A DNA stretch of 64,000 nt from contig DIHE01000147.1 in the NCBI GenBank assembly GCA_002420005.1, positions 36,006 to 100,005 on the forward strand. Reading direction: 5' to 3'. The notes under the pieces were generated by a model. The model did not search any database and had not been told where the DNA came from. It saw only the letters and a list, made by a program, of their open reading frames with translations. The position numbers and the translations under genes are program-made. Position 1 is the stretch's first letter, and every line of letters starts with the position of its first letter. Positions 52,611-62,794 of this stretch are shown piece by piece. The DNA is from Holophagales bacterium UBA5704. GTDB taxonomy: Bacteria; Acidobacteriota; Thermoanaerobaculia; Multivoradales; UBA5704.

Positions 52611-55600
52611 CTAGCCCACCACCCGATCCGCCCGCAGAAACCACAGCTCGAACCGCGGCGGCTGCGGCAGCTCCAGGGCCTCCTGGAGGGCCCGCACGTA
52701 GATGGCGCCCTGGGGGGCGTAGACGGCGGCGCGGCGGGCGAGGTCTTCCGGATCGTCGACCTCGTCGGTCTTGTAGTCGGCGATCACCAGATGGCCGGTC
52801 TCCGGGTCCCGGTAGACCAGATCGACGGCTCCGGTGACCACGCCGACCGGGGCATGGTCGCCGTCGCGCGGCGGCAAGAGGACCGGGAGCTCGCGGGCGA
52901 CCAGGTGGCCGGCGAGGCCGCGCAGGCGCTCCAGGAGGCGGCCGGCGGCGAAGCGGTCGAGCAGCTCCTCGGCGCGCGGCAGAGTGCGCTCCACCACCTC
53001 GCCGCGGGCGAGGGGCGCGAGGTAAGCCGGCAGATGGATGCGCTGGCGCGCCAGCTCCTCGCGCGGATCGGCGGCCAGGTCCCACTCCTCCAACGCCCTG
53101 TGCACCGCTCCCCCGAGGGCCATCGCCGCCTCGCGATCGATCTCATTTCCCCCGCCGGGTGCGGGGCGCCCGCGCCGCGGCTCCTCGTCACCCTCGGCCA
53201 GACGGCGGGCGGCCAGCTCTTCGCGTAGACGCTCGTGCGCCTCCTCCGACGCGGCGCCTCCCCAGGTGCGGTCCATGCGGCGGCCGGCCGCGGCCTGGTG
53301 CTCACGCAGCCGGATCGAGGCGCGGGCGATCTCCTCCACGGCGGGCGGCTCGGCCTCCCCGCGCTCGGCCTCACCGGCCGCGGCCTCCGTCCCGCCCCGG
53401 AGGGCCGGAAACGTCCACAGGGCACCCGTCGCATCCAGCACCCCTGCTCCCCCCGACGCCTCGGCGGCGGCCCACAGCTCCACCAGAGGGGCCTCCGGCC
53501 GCTCCGGCCGCCAGGCGAGGAGCTCCAGGTGGGTGCGCGCCTGCTCCGGCGGGCGCGGCGCGGCGCCGCCGTCCGGCCAGTTGCCGAGCAGGACCAGGCG
53601 GTCCTTGGCGCGCGTCATCGCCACGTAGAGGGTGCGCACCCGCTCGGCGGCCTCGACGGCGCGGCGCTCCGCCTCCACCCGGTCGAAGCCGAGCGTCGGC
53701 ACCCCGAAGAGGCGCATCTCGAACCGTCCCTCCGCCAGCCGGCCCACCTCGGTGCCGAGGCCGCCCTCCCCGCCCGGCGGCTTGTGGAGCTGCAGCAGGT
53801 AGACATGGCCGAAGTCGAGCCCCTTGGCGCCGTGGATCGTCATCACCTGCACCGCGTCCTCGGCGCCGTCCTTCGGACGTCCCTCCTCCGCCTCGCGCGA
53901 CTCGGCGACGCTGCGGCGCAGGGCGCGCAGGATGGCGGTGGGGTCGCCACCCCCCTCTTCGAGCGCGGCCGAGAGCTGGCGGAAGAAGCGGTCGAGGTTG
54001 GCCAGCCGGTACGGCCCTAGGTAGCGCGCCGCCTCCAGCGCCTCGGGCAGGAACAGCCTTCGCAGGCGCTCGATGAAGACGTCGGCGGCCTCGCTCTCGA
54101 AAGCGATGCGCAGGACGGCCAGATGCTCCATCGCGGCGAGCAGCCCGGCCTCCCAGCCGCGCAAGCCGTCGAGCCCCGGAACGTCCCCCGGCAGCTCGGC
54201 GGCGGCGGCTTCGATGCGGCTCTTCAGCTCGGCCAGCCGCTCCCCCCGCTGCTCCCCGTCGAGGCGCGCCGGGGTCAGGTCCGTCATCAACCCGGGGAAG
54301 CCGTGCCGCCAAAGCGGGATCAGCGCCGCATCCGGCACCCCGACCAGCACCGAGCGCAGGACGGTCAGCAGGGCCAGATGATCGCCCGGATCGAGCACGG
54401 CGCGCACCAGGGCCGCGGCTTCGATGACCTCGCGGCGGCGGTAGTAGTGCTTGTCGCGGCCGACGACGAAGGGGATGCGCGCCCGCCGCAGGGCTTCGAG
54501 ATAGAGGTCGAGATCACCGGTGCCGCGCAGGAGGAGCACGGCCTCCTTCCAGGCGACCCCCTCCTCGTCGTGGAGCGCGCGCAGGTCCGCGGCGAGCGCC
54601 GCCGCCTCCAGCTCCGCCGCCTCGACGGCCGCGGTCTTGCCGTCCGGCCGCCGCCAGGAGACCCAGTGCTCCACCGCGGCCCGGCCGGCGCGGACGAAAC
54701 CCGGATCGCCCTGGCGCCGCTCGCAGGCGAGGAGCGGCTCGAACGGGGGCTGGAGGCCCGGCGTCTCCTGCATGACCGGTGCGATGACCCGCGCCACCTC
54801 GGCGAGGATCGAGGGGACGGAGCGGAAGTTTTCCACCAGCCGCTCGACCGCGCCGCCCTGCTTGCGCGCCAGGTCCACGAACCCGTCGTAGGCGCGCAGG
54901 TCGGCGCTGCGCCAGCCGTAGATCGATTGTTTGGGATCTCCGACCAGGAAGAGGCCGGGCCGCTCGTCGCGCGGGCCGTCCAGGGCGAGCCAGCGCAGCA
55001 GCTCGCACTGCACGCGGTCGGTGTCCTGGAACTCGTCCACCAGGAGCTGGTCGATCTGCCGCCGGATGCGCGCCCGCACCTCCGGATGCCGGGCGAGGAG
55101 CGCCTCGGCGCCGGCGAGCAGGGCGTCGAAGGTGGCGATGCCGCGCGCCCGCAGCTCGCGCTCGACCGCGGCGAGCAGCGGGGCCAGGGCGCGCCGCGCC
55201 GCCTCCAGGAGGACGGTATCGATCCGCCGCAGGTGCGCGACCAGCCGCGCGAGCGCGCCGGCCTGGACCCCCAGCTCGCCGCCGACCTCGCCGAACAGGC
55301 TCGTCTCGGTGGCGCCGAGCTGTCCCTTCTCCCACTTGCCGAGGTGCGCCACGAGCTTCTCCGGCAGCGCCTCGTCGACCCACTGGCGCAGCGTCTCCAG
55401 ATCGGGGCCGTCGTCGATCTCGCGCAGGCGGTCGAGCAGGAGGCCCAGGCCTTTTTCGAGCGAACGGGCATTCGGCGCCCGCCCGCCGCGCAGGCGCGGC
55501 ATGATCAGGTCGAAGACGCCGGTCGCCGCCGTGGTGAGCCGGTCGAGGAAGGCGCGCAGCGGTGCCGGACCCAGCGGGTCCTCGTCGAGCGCGCGCGCCG

Positions 55601-56297
55601 GCAGGCCGGAGGTGGCGAGGACGGCCAGGGCTTCGATGATCTCCTGCGGCCCGAACCCGCGCACGGCGAGCGCCAGCAGATGCGGATCGCCCGGCGCGCC
55701 GTACCCCTCCCGCAGCGCCACCTCCACGGTCTCGCGCACCACCTCTTCGAGCAGGCGGCCGTCGGCGTCCACGGTCAGCCGCGGGTGGACGCCGGCCTCC
55801 AGCGGATGGCTCGCCAGGAGACCCAGACAGAAGGCATGGATGGTGCGTACCTGCAGATGGTCCAGCGCCCCGAGCAGGGCGCGGGCGCGCGCGGCGGTCT
55901 CCTCCGGCGGGGGCAGGACCTCCGGGTCGAGCCAGTCCGGCCGGGCCGCGCCGCGCGCCAGCGCCTCCAGCTCCTTGGCGGTGCGGCCGGCCATCTCCGC
56001 CGCCGCGGCTTCGGTGAAGGTGATGGCCACGACGCCGCGCAGCACGTCCGCCGCGGTGCGCTCCGGAGAGCCTTCACCCTCGGGCCGCAGCACCGGCCGC
56101 GCGGCAGGGCGGGCGGCGCGGCGCGCGCGGGCCAGCTCCCAGCCGGCCCCCAGGCTCCAGGCGAGGAGGCGCGCCACCAGCGTCGTGGTCTTGCCGGTCC
56201 CGGCGCCCGCCTGGAGCACCAGCGGGCGGTCGAACCGCCGCTGCGCCTCCTTGCGCGCGGCGCGGTCGGCGGCGCGCAGGATCTCGTCGCTCGGCAT
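52611..56297 (-). CDS. addA: ATP-dependent helicase/nuclease subunit A (AddA; UvrD-type SF1 helicase + C-terminal PD-(D/E)XK nuclease)
   Basis: Walker A AGAGTGKTT, helicase motifs, C-terminal nuclease DLVYRD...IADYKTD; true ATG 56297 (Gly/Arg-rich extension upstream is artefact). Confidence 0.8.
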   Translation of the reverse strand: MPSDEILRAADRAARKEAQRRFDRPLVLQAGAGTGKTTTLVARLLAWSLGAGWELARARRAARPAARPVLRPEGEGSPERTAADVLRGVVAITFTEAAAAEMAGRTAKELEALARGAARPDWLDPEVLPPPEETAARARALLGALDHLQVRTIHAFCLGLLASHPLEAGVHPRLTVDADGRLLEEVVRETVEVALREGYGAPGDPHLLALAVRGFGPQEIIEALAVLATSGLPARALDEDPLGPAPLRAFLDRLTTAATGVFDLIMPRLRGGRAPNARSLEKGLGLLLDRLREIDDGPDLETLRQWVDEALPEKLVAHLGKWEKGQLGATETSLFGEVGGELGVQAGALARLVAHLRRIDTVLLEAARRALAPLLAAVERELRARGIATFDALLAGAEALLARHPEVRARIRRQIDQLLVDEFQDTDRVQCELLRWLALDGPRDERPGLFLVGDPKQSIYGWRSADLRAYDGFVDLARKQGGAVERLVENFRSVPSILAEVARVIAPVMQETPGLQPPFEPLLACERRQGDPGFVRAGRAAVEHWVSWRRPDGKTAAVEAAELEAAALAADLRALHDEEGVAWKEAVLLLRGTGDLDLYLEALRRARIPFVVGRDKHYYRRREVIEAAALVRAVLDPGDHLALLTVLRSVLVGVPDAALIPLWRHGFPGLMTDLTPARLDGEQRGERLAELKSRIEAAAAELPGDVPGLDGLRGWEAGLLAAMEHLAVLRIAFESEAADVFIERLRRLFLPEALEAARYLGPYRLANLDRFFRQLSAALEEGGGDPTAILRALRRSVAESREAEEGRPKDGAEDAVQVMTIHGAKGLDFGHVYLLQLHKPPGGEGGLGTEVGRLAEGRFEMRLFGVPTLGFDRVEAERRAVEAAERVRTLYVAMTRAKDRLVLLGNWPDGGAAPRPPEQARTHLELLAWRPERPEAPLVELWAAAEASGGAGVLDATGALWTFPALRGGTEAAAGEAERGEAEPPAVEEIARASIRLREHQAAAGRRMDRTWGGAASEEAHERLREELAARRLAEGDEEPRRGRPAPGGGNEIDREAAMALGGAVHRALEEWDLAADPREELARQRIHLPAYLAPLARGEVVERTLPRAEELLDRFAAGRLLERLRGLAGHLVARELPVLLPPRDGDHAPVGVVTGAVDLVYRDPETGHLVIADYKTDEVDDPEDLARRAAVYAPQGAIYVRALQEALELPQPPRFELWFLRADRVVG

Positions 56298-56326
56298 GCC
56301 GAAGCGCCCCAGGACCAGCCGTCCGC

Positions 56327-59300
56327 TCACGGCTCCTCCTCCTCTTCCCGCTCCTCCTTGGCCGCCAGACGCCAGACGCCCAGGAGCGCCTCCTCCGCCG
56401 CCCCGGCCGGCGGAGCCTCGCGCGCCCGCCCGGCCCATTCGAACAGGCGCAGGCGGGCGCCCGAATCACCGCGCAGGCAGGCCTCCGCGACCGCGCAGTA
56501 GCTGCAACGAGGCGGCTCGTTGCGCCCGGCCGGATCGACCACCCGCGGAAAGAACGCGCCGGCATCCCACACCGCCAGGGTCGCGCCCACCGCGTGCGCG
56601 AACGCCGCCGTGGCCTCGCGGTCGTCGGTGGTCACCGCGTGCTCGCGCGCCGCGGGATCGTCGATCTCCGGCTTCAGATACAGGTAGCGCCCCAGCGCCG
56701 GCGCCCCCCCGGCGGCGAGCAGATAGGCGGCGGCCTGGAGGAGCGTCCCCTGCCGCAGGCGCTCCAGGAAATGCCGGCGGCGCACCTCCGGCTTGCGGGC
56801 GGAGGACAACGGCCGGCCGGTCTTGTAATCGGTGAAACGGAGCCCCTCCGGCAGGGAGTCGACGCGGTCGGAGCGGAAGCGCAGGCTCCGCGGACGCCCC
56901 GTGGCGTCGAGCACCTCGACGGTGTCCACCGTCTCGGCGTGGAGCACGGGCACCGCGGCGCCGCCCGGCCAGTCCATCTCCGCGGCCACGGCGAGAAACG
57001 GCCGCGCACGCTCGGCGAGCGCCCGGGTGAGCCCCGGCAGGGTGATCCCTTCCAGGGCCAGGAGCCGCCGCGACTCCGCGAGCAGCAGCTCCTCCAGGCG
57101 CCCGGCGGCCGGCCAGGTGACGGCCGCCGGCTCCGCGGCCTCGCGGACGATCCGTTCCAGCACCGCGTGGATCACGTTGCCGAGCAGGAGCGGATCGGTC
57201 CCGGGGAGGGCGGCGAGCGGATCGGGCGTCGGCTCCAGCCGCAGGACCCGGCCGAGGAAGACCTGCCAGGGGCAGCTCGCCAGATTCTCCAGGTGGGTCA
57301 CGTAGAGGTCCCGGTGGACGCCCCCGAGGCCGCCGACGAACCCGTAGTACGGCCCCAGCCGTGCGCGCACCGCCCGCCCCTCGGGCAGGCGCAGGTCGGG
57401 GTCCATCTCGTCGAGGACGGCGATGCGGACCTCGGCCAGGCGTTGCGGATCGAGATCGAACGCCCCCGCCAGCTCCGCGCGCGCCTCGCCGAGCGCCACC
57501 GCGAGCACCCGGCCGAACGCCCGGCGCGGCGCCTGCAGCGCGGCGATCACCGCCTGCTCGTCCGCCGGGCGCAGGGCGTCCGTCCCCGCCCACAGCGAGG
57601 GAGCGCGCTGCACCTCGCGCGGGCCGCGCAGGAGCGGCGACGGCGACCGCGGCTTGCCCTCCTCGTCCGCCATCTGCCACGACAGGGTGACCGCCGGGCT
57701 TCCCGACAGGAGCCAGGCGAACAGATACCGCTCCTCGTCGAACCCGGCGCGTTTGATCGGCACGTCGGGCAGCACCCGCCGCAGCACCTGGCGCAGGTCG
57801 TCCGGCAGCAGCGGGTCCTCGCGGATGCCGCGCGGAAAGACGTCGCGGTTGAGGCCGAGGACGAACAGATGGTCGAACGTGCGACCGCGCGCCTCGGTGA
57901 CGTTCAACACCTGGGCGCCGCCGCCCGAGCCGCCGAGCGGGGAGAGGCCCACCGCGCCGCACGCCCGCACCACCAGCGGGCGCAGCTCCTCGCGGGTGAG
58001 CGGAAAATCCTCCGGCACCTCCCGCTCCAGCTCGGCCAGCGCGGCGAGGACCGCCCCGGTGTCCGCCGCCTCGCGGTCCCACCCGAGGTCGCTCACCAGC
58101 AGCGCGCGCAGCAGCCGGAAGTGCTCGTCCGCCCGCGCCTCCTCGGGCCAGGAGGCCAGCCGCTCGCGCACCCGTCCGGCCGTGCGCACCGCGGCGCGGA
58201 TCTGCGCCCCGTCCACCCGTCGGCGGGCCGCATAGGTCTCCCCTTCGTCGCCCCCCTCCTCCGCAGCGGCGGCGGTGCGCAGGCCCTGGCGGATCGGCAA
58301 GGCATAGCGGTCCTCGCGCAGAAACGCCGCGGGATCGAGATCCGCCACGTCGCGCAGCCGGCCGGCACCGAGGGAGTAGAACGCCAAGCGCAGATCGACC
58401 AGCAGACCGGCCATCGGACGCCGCCGGGCTCCCGCGGGGCCGGGCAGGCCGAGCGCGGCGACCGTGTCGAGCCAGCGGTCGGCGGGGACCTCCTCGCCGC
58501 GGCGCAGCAGCTCGAGAAACGCGCGGGCGCGCCGGCCCGCGGGCTCCAAGGAGCCGGTGGCCGCGACGCCCGAAAACGGCACCCCGAGCCGGCCGAGGTG
58601 GCGGCGCAGGGCGAGCGCATACGGCGCGAGATCGCGCCCGACGATCCCGATCCCCTCCGCCCGCGCTCCGCCGTCGAGCAGGGCGCGCACCCGGCGGGCC
58701 ACCTCGCGCGCCTCCGCCTCCGCCCCCACCGCCTCCACCCGCTCGATCCGCGGCGGCGGCGGGTCCGTCTCGCGCGGCGGCGGGGCCGGCACGAACCGGG
58801 AGACCATGGCCAGCCGCTCCGCGAACCTCTCGGTGAACGCGCGCTCCATCCCGCCGGTCGAGGACCCCGGAGCCGGCGGATGGTCGAGGATCAGGCGCGC
58901 CCCCTGGCGCAGCAGCTCCTGGAGGAAATCGGTGGCCACCCCGGTGGCGTCGGAAAAGCCGTAGATGAAGAGGGCGCGGTACGGCAGGACCCGTGCGGGA
59001 TCGGCGGCGAACAGCTCGGTGGCCCGCCGCAGCAGGGTCGACGCCCGGCCGAGCCCGAGCGCCGGGGCGAGCGCCTCGGTGCGGGCGGCGACGCGGACCA
59101 GGGCACGGGCGCGCTCCACCTCGGCCTTGGAGGCCACGCGCGGGCCGTCGGTCGCCAGCGCCTCGTCGATGGCCTCGGCCAGGTCGAGCTCCAGCCCGGC
59201 ATCGAGCAGGTCGCGCACCGTGCCGGCCACCGCGCCGTAGCCGTCCACCAGATCGTCGAGCCCCTTGCGCAGCACCGGCTCGAAGCGGGCGAGGCGCTGG

Positions 59301-59641
59301 GCGAGCACGTCGAAGAGGGGAGTCCCGCGCGGCACCGTCTCGCCGGCCCGCTCCAGGATCTCGCAGGCCAGCGCGTGCAGCGTCTGCACCGTCACCCCGG
59401 CGACCGACCGCCCCCGCCGCCGCACCAGCGCCGCCCCCAGATGCGCCCGCAAGCTGCGCGACGGCACCAGCAGACGCACCGGCCGCGCGAGCAGCCCCGG
59501 ATTCTTGCGCGCCTCGGCGAGCAGGGCATCGACCCGCGTCCACAGCAGAGCCTCGGCCGCCCGCGCCCCCCGCGCCACCCACACCTCCCCCGGGGCGCGC
59601 GGCGGCTCAGGGGCTTCGAACAGGCGGAGCTGCTGGGACAC
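56327..59641 (-). CDS. addB: ATP-dependent helicase/nuclease subunit B (AddB; inactivated helicase-like + PD-(D/E)XK nuclease with Fe-S Cys cluster)
   Basis: C-terminal FTDYKTG nuclease motif and CSYCAVAEAC Cys cluster; GTG start just downstream of ABC exporter stop; upstream part of track ORF overlaps neighbouring gene. Confidence 0.7.
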   Translation of the reverse strand: MSQQLRLFEAPEPPRAPGEVWVARGARAAEALLWTRVDALLAEARKNPGLLARPVRLLVPSRSLRAHLGAALVRRRGRSVAGVTVQTLHALACEILERAGETVPRGTPLFDVLAQRLARFEPVLRKGLDDLVDGYGAVAGTVRDLLDAGLELDLAEAIDEALATDGPRVASKAEVERARALVRVAARTEALAPALGLGRASTLLRRATELFAADPARVLPYRALFIYGFSDATGVATDFLQELLRQGARLILDHPPAPGSSTGGMERAFTERFAERLAMVSRFVPAPPPRETDPPPPRIERVEAVGAEAEAREVARRVRALLDGGARAEGIGIVGRDLAPYALALRRHLGRLGVPFSGVAATGSLEPAGRRARAFLELLRRGEEVPADRWLDTVAALGLPGPAGARRRPMAGLLVDLRLAFYSLGAGRLRDVADLDPAAFLREDRYALPIRQGLRTAAAAEEGGDEGETYAARRRVDGAQIRAAVRTAGRVRERLASWPEEARADEHFRLLRALLVSDLGWDREAADTGAVLAALAELEREVPEDFPLTREELRPLVVRACGAVGLSPLGGSGGGAQVLNVTEARGRTFDHLFVLGLNRDVFPRGIREDPLLPDDLRQVLRRVLPDVPIKRAGFDEERYLFAWLLSGSPAVTLSWQMADEEGKPRSPSPLLRGPREVQRAPSLWAGTDALRPADEQAVIAALQAPRRAFGRVLAVALGEARAELAGAFDLDPQRLAEVRIAVLDEMDPDLRLPEGRAVRARLGPYYGFVGGLGGVHRDLYVTHLENLASCPWQVFLGRVLRLEPTPDPLAALPGTDPLLLGNVIHAVLERIVREAAEPAAVTWPAAGRLEELLLAESRRLLALEGITLPGLTRALAERARPFLAVAAEMDWPGGAAVPVLHAETVDTVEVLDATGRPRSLRFRSDRVDSLPEGLRFTDYKTGRPLSSARKPEVRRRHFLERLRQGTLLQAAAYLLAAGGAPALGRYLYLKPEIDDPAAREHAVTTDDREATAAFAHAVGATLAVWDAGAFFPRVVDPAGRNEPPRCSYCAVAEACLRGDSGARLRLFEWAGRAREAPPAGAAEEALLGVWRLAAKEEREEEEEP

Positions 59642-59658
59642 GCCGAGCCTCTGAGCGG

Positions 59659-61563
59659 CTACACGTTCACCGTCAACGACGGATGCGGCTTCTCGCGCCG
59701 CTCCATCTCCTGGTCCTTGTACTGGAGGAGATAGAGGCGGTAGTAGATGCCGCGCAGGGCGAGCAGCTCCTGGTGGGTGCCGATCTCGCGGATCTCCCCT
59801 TTGTGCAGGACGAGGATGCGATCGGCCTTCTGGATGGTCGAGAGGCGGTGGGCGATGACGATGCTGGTGCGGCCTTCGAGCAGCCGGTCGAGGGCTTGCT
59901 GGATGAGCTGCTCGGTCTCGGTGTCGATCGACGAGGTCGCCTCGTCGAGGATGAGGATCCTGGGATCGAAGGCGAGGGCACGGGCGAAGGCGATGAGCTG
60001 CTTCTGGCCCACCGAGAGACCGGCGCCGCGCTCGCGCACCGGGGCGCCCAGGCCTCCCGGGAGGCGCTCGATGAACGGCAGGGCGTTCACCTCCGCCGCC
60101 GCCCAGCGCACGCGCGCGTCGTCGATGTCCGGATCGCCGAGCCGGATGTTGCCTTCGATCGTGCCGGCGAACAGGAAGACGTCCTGGAGGACCATGGCGA
60201 TGCTGCGCCGCAACCGCGCCAGATCCCACTCCCGCACGTCGACGCCGTCCACCTTCACCGCGCCCGCGTCCACGTCATAGAAGCGCAGCAGGAGATTCGC
60301 CAGGGTGCTCTTGCCGGCGCCGGTGTGGCCCACCACGGCCAGGGTCTCGCCCGGCTTCAGGTGGAACGAGACCCCGCGCAGCACCGGCTCCCCTTCCTTG
60401 TAGCTGAAACGCACCTGGTCGAGCTCGATCTCGCCGCGCACCTCGGCCGGCCGCCAGGCGTTCTCGGGGGAGGCCAGGCTCACCGGCGTGTCGAGAAGCT
60501 TGAACACCCGCTCCGAGCTCGCCATCGCCTGCTGCAGAAGGTTGTACTTCTCGGACAGGTCCGCGAGCGGCTGGTAGAAGCGCTGGGCATACTGGAGGAA
60601 GGCGATCAGCGCACCGACCGAGATCGCCTGCCCGATGACCTCCCGGCCGCCGACCCAGAGGATCAGGCCGAGGCCGATGGAGGTAATCAGCTCGACGCCG
60701 GGGAAGAACACCGCGTAGTAGAAGATGCCGCGCACGTTGGCGTCGCGGTGGTCGGCGTTGATCCCGTCGAACTCCTGGAACGCCCGGGCCTCCCGGTTGA
60801 ACAGCTGGACGACCGGCATGCCGGTCACGTGCTCCTGGAGAAAGGCGTTGATGCGGGCGATCTTCACCCGCACCTCGCGAAAGCTGTCGCGGACCTTGCG
60901 CTTGAACCAGAAGGTCAGCAGGAGGAGCAGGGGCACGATCGAGAACGCGGTCACGGCGAGGCGCCAGTCGAGCCAGAAGAGGACGCCCACGATGCCGGTG
61001 AGGAGCAGGACGTCGCCGAAGATCGTCACCACGCCGGAGGAGAGCATCTCGTTGAGCGCATCCACGTCCGTGGTCACCCGGGTCACCAGGCGGCCGATCG
61101 GGTTGCGGTCGTAGAACGAGACGGGCAGCCGCAGCAGGTGGCCGAAGATCTGCTGGCGCATGTCGTTCATCACGTACTGCCCCATGAGCTGCATGACATA
61201 GCCCTGGACGTACAGCACGATGAAAGTGAGAACGAGGGCGGCGAAGAAGATCCCGGAGACCACACCCAGGCCTTCCATGCGCACCGCCACCGGATCGATG
61301 CCACGCGCCAGCAGGGCGTCGCGGACCTGCACGCTCACCCGCGAGAGCTGCCCTTCGGCGCCCGCGGGGCGGATGAACAGGTCGAGCGCCACCGCCATGG
61401 TGAGCGGCCCGACGAGCTGCAGCAGGGAGGAGAGGAGGATCAGCGCCAGGGCGCCGGCCGTCATCCCCCGGTACGGGCGCAGATAGGCCAGCAGGCGGCG
61501 CATCAGCCGGCCGTCGTACGCCTTGCCCAGCGCCTCCTCTTCCTGATGGGACGGTTCGCTCAT
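59659..61563 (-). CDS. ABC exporter, fused 6-TM permease + ATPase (MsbA/type I exporter family)
   Basis: TMD then Walker A GHTGAGKST, signature LSVGQKQLIA, Walker B ILILDEATS. Confidence 0.9.
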   Translation of the reverse strand: MSEPSHQEEEALGKAYDGRLMRRLLAYLRPYRGMTAGALALILLSSLLQLVGPLTMAVALDLFIRPAGAEGQLSRVSVQVRDALLARGIDPVAVRMEGLGVVSGIFFAALVLTFIVLYVQGYVMQLMGQYVMNDMRQQIFGHLLRLPVSFYDRNPIGRLVTRVTTDVDALNEMLSSGVVTIFGDVLLLTGIVGVLFWLDWRLAVTAFSIVPLLLLLTFWFKRKVRDSFREVRVKIARINAFLQEHVTGMPVVQLFNREARAFQEFDGINADHRDANVRGIFYYAVFFPGVELITSIGLGLILWVGGREVIGQAISVGALIAFLQYAQRFYQPLADLSEKYNLLQQAMASSERVFKLLDTPVSLASPENAWRPAEVRGEIELDQVRFSYKEGEPVLRGVSFHLKPGETLAVVGHTGAGKSTLANLLLRFYDVDAGAVKVDGVDVREWDLARLRRSIAMVLQDVFLFAGTIEGNIRLGDPDIDDARVRWAAAEVNALPFIERLPGGLGAPVRERGAGLSVGQKQLIAFARALAFDPRILILDEATSSIDTETEQLIQQALDRLLEGRTSIVIAHRLSTIQKADRILVLHKGEIREIGTHQELLALRGIYYRLYLLQYKDQEMERREKPHPSLTVNV

Positions 61564-61666
61564 CGGGCTACGATATCAAAGGGCGGGGTCCCCCTGCTTA
61601 TGCCCTTTCATCTATTCCGCACAACGGTGTAGACTACGCCCCAGTTTTCAACTCGGGAGTCCGTGC

Positions 61667-62791
61667 ATGCCGCCGACACTGAACCAGCTCCTCAAGGAAA
61701 TGGTCACCCAGGGAGGGTCCGACCTCCACCTCACCACCAACTCGCCGCCGCAGATCCGGGTGCACGGCCACTTGAAGCCGCTCGACGGGGTCAATCCCCT
61801 CACCCCGGCGGAGACCAAGCAGCTCGCCTACTCGATCCTGACGGACAACCAGAAGCACCGCCTGGAAGAGGACCTGGAGATCGACCTGTCGTTCGGGATC
61901 AAGGGGCTCGCCCGGTTCCGCGCCAACATCTTTCACCAGCGCGGCGCGATCGCCGGGGTGTTCCGGCAGATCCCGTTCGAGATCAAGGGGTTCAAGGAGC
62001 TGAACCTGCCGGCGGTGGTCGAGAAGCTGTGCGAGAAGCCGCGCGGCCTGATCCTGGTCACCGGGCCGACCGGCTCGGGCAAGTCGACGACGCTCGCCTC
62101 GATGCTCGACAAGATCAACCGCGAGCGGGCGGAGCACATGATCACCATCGAGGACCCGGTCGAGTTCCTGCACTCGCACAAGAAGTGCCTGGTCAACCAG
62201 CGCGAGGTGCACGCCGACACCCATGGTTTCTCGGCCGCCCTGCGATCGGCCTTGCGGCAAGACCCGGACGTGGTGCTGATCGGCGAGATGCGGGACCTGG
62301 AGACGATCGAGTCGGCCCTGCGCATCGCCGAGACGGGCCACTTGACGTTCGCCACCCTGCACACCAACTCGGCGGCGCAGTCGATCAACCGCATCATCGA
62401 CGTCTTCCCCGCCCACCAGCAGGGGCAGATCCGCGCCCAGCTCTCCATGGTGCTGGAGGGGATCCTTTGCCAGGCGCTGCTGCCCAAGGCGGACGGCAAG
62501 GGCCGGGTGATGGCGATGGAGATCCTGGTGCCGACCTCGGCCATCCGCAACCTGATCCGCGAGGACAAGGTGCACCAGATCTACGGCATGATGCAGACCG
62601 GCCAGGCGAAGTACGGGATGCAGACGTTCAATCAGACCCTGGCCTCGCTCTACTTCAAGCGGCTGATCACCTTGGAGACCGCGATCACCCGCTCCTCGCT
62701 GCCCGATGAGCTGCAGGAGATCATCAACCGGGGACCGGCCGCCCTGAACCCCACCGTGGGAGGAGCCCCGAGCGCCCCGGGGAGGAGTTGA
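61667..62791 (+). CDS. pilT: Type IV pilus retraction ATPase PilT
   Basis: Walker A GPTGSGKSTT, Asp box, His box HLTFATLHTN, near-identical to PilT over full length. Confidence 0.93.
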   Translation: MPPTLNQLLKEMVTQGGSDLHLTTNSPPQIRVHGHLKPLDGVNPLTPAETKQLAYSILTDNQKHRLEEDLEIDLSFGIKGLARFRANIFHQRGAIAGVFRQIPFEIKGFKELNLPAVVEKLCEKPRGLILVTGPTGSGKSTTLASMLDKINRERAEHMITIEDPVEFLHSHKKCLVNQREVHADTHGFSAALRSALRQDPDVVLIGEMRDLETIESALRIAETGHLTFATLHTNSAAQSINRIIDVFPAHQQGQIRAQLSMVLEGILCQALLPKADGKGRVMAMEILVPTSAIRNLIREDKVHQIYGMMQTGQAKYGMQTFNQTLASLYFKRLITLETAITRSSLPDELQEIINRGPAALNPTVGGAPSAPGRS

Positions 62792-62794
62792 GAC

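Noticed and set aside
56466-59582. 1038-aa alternative-frame ORF within addB
   Set aside because: Out-of-frame shadow of addB. The addB frame carries the nuclease motif and the Fe-S Cys cluster.
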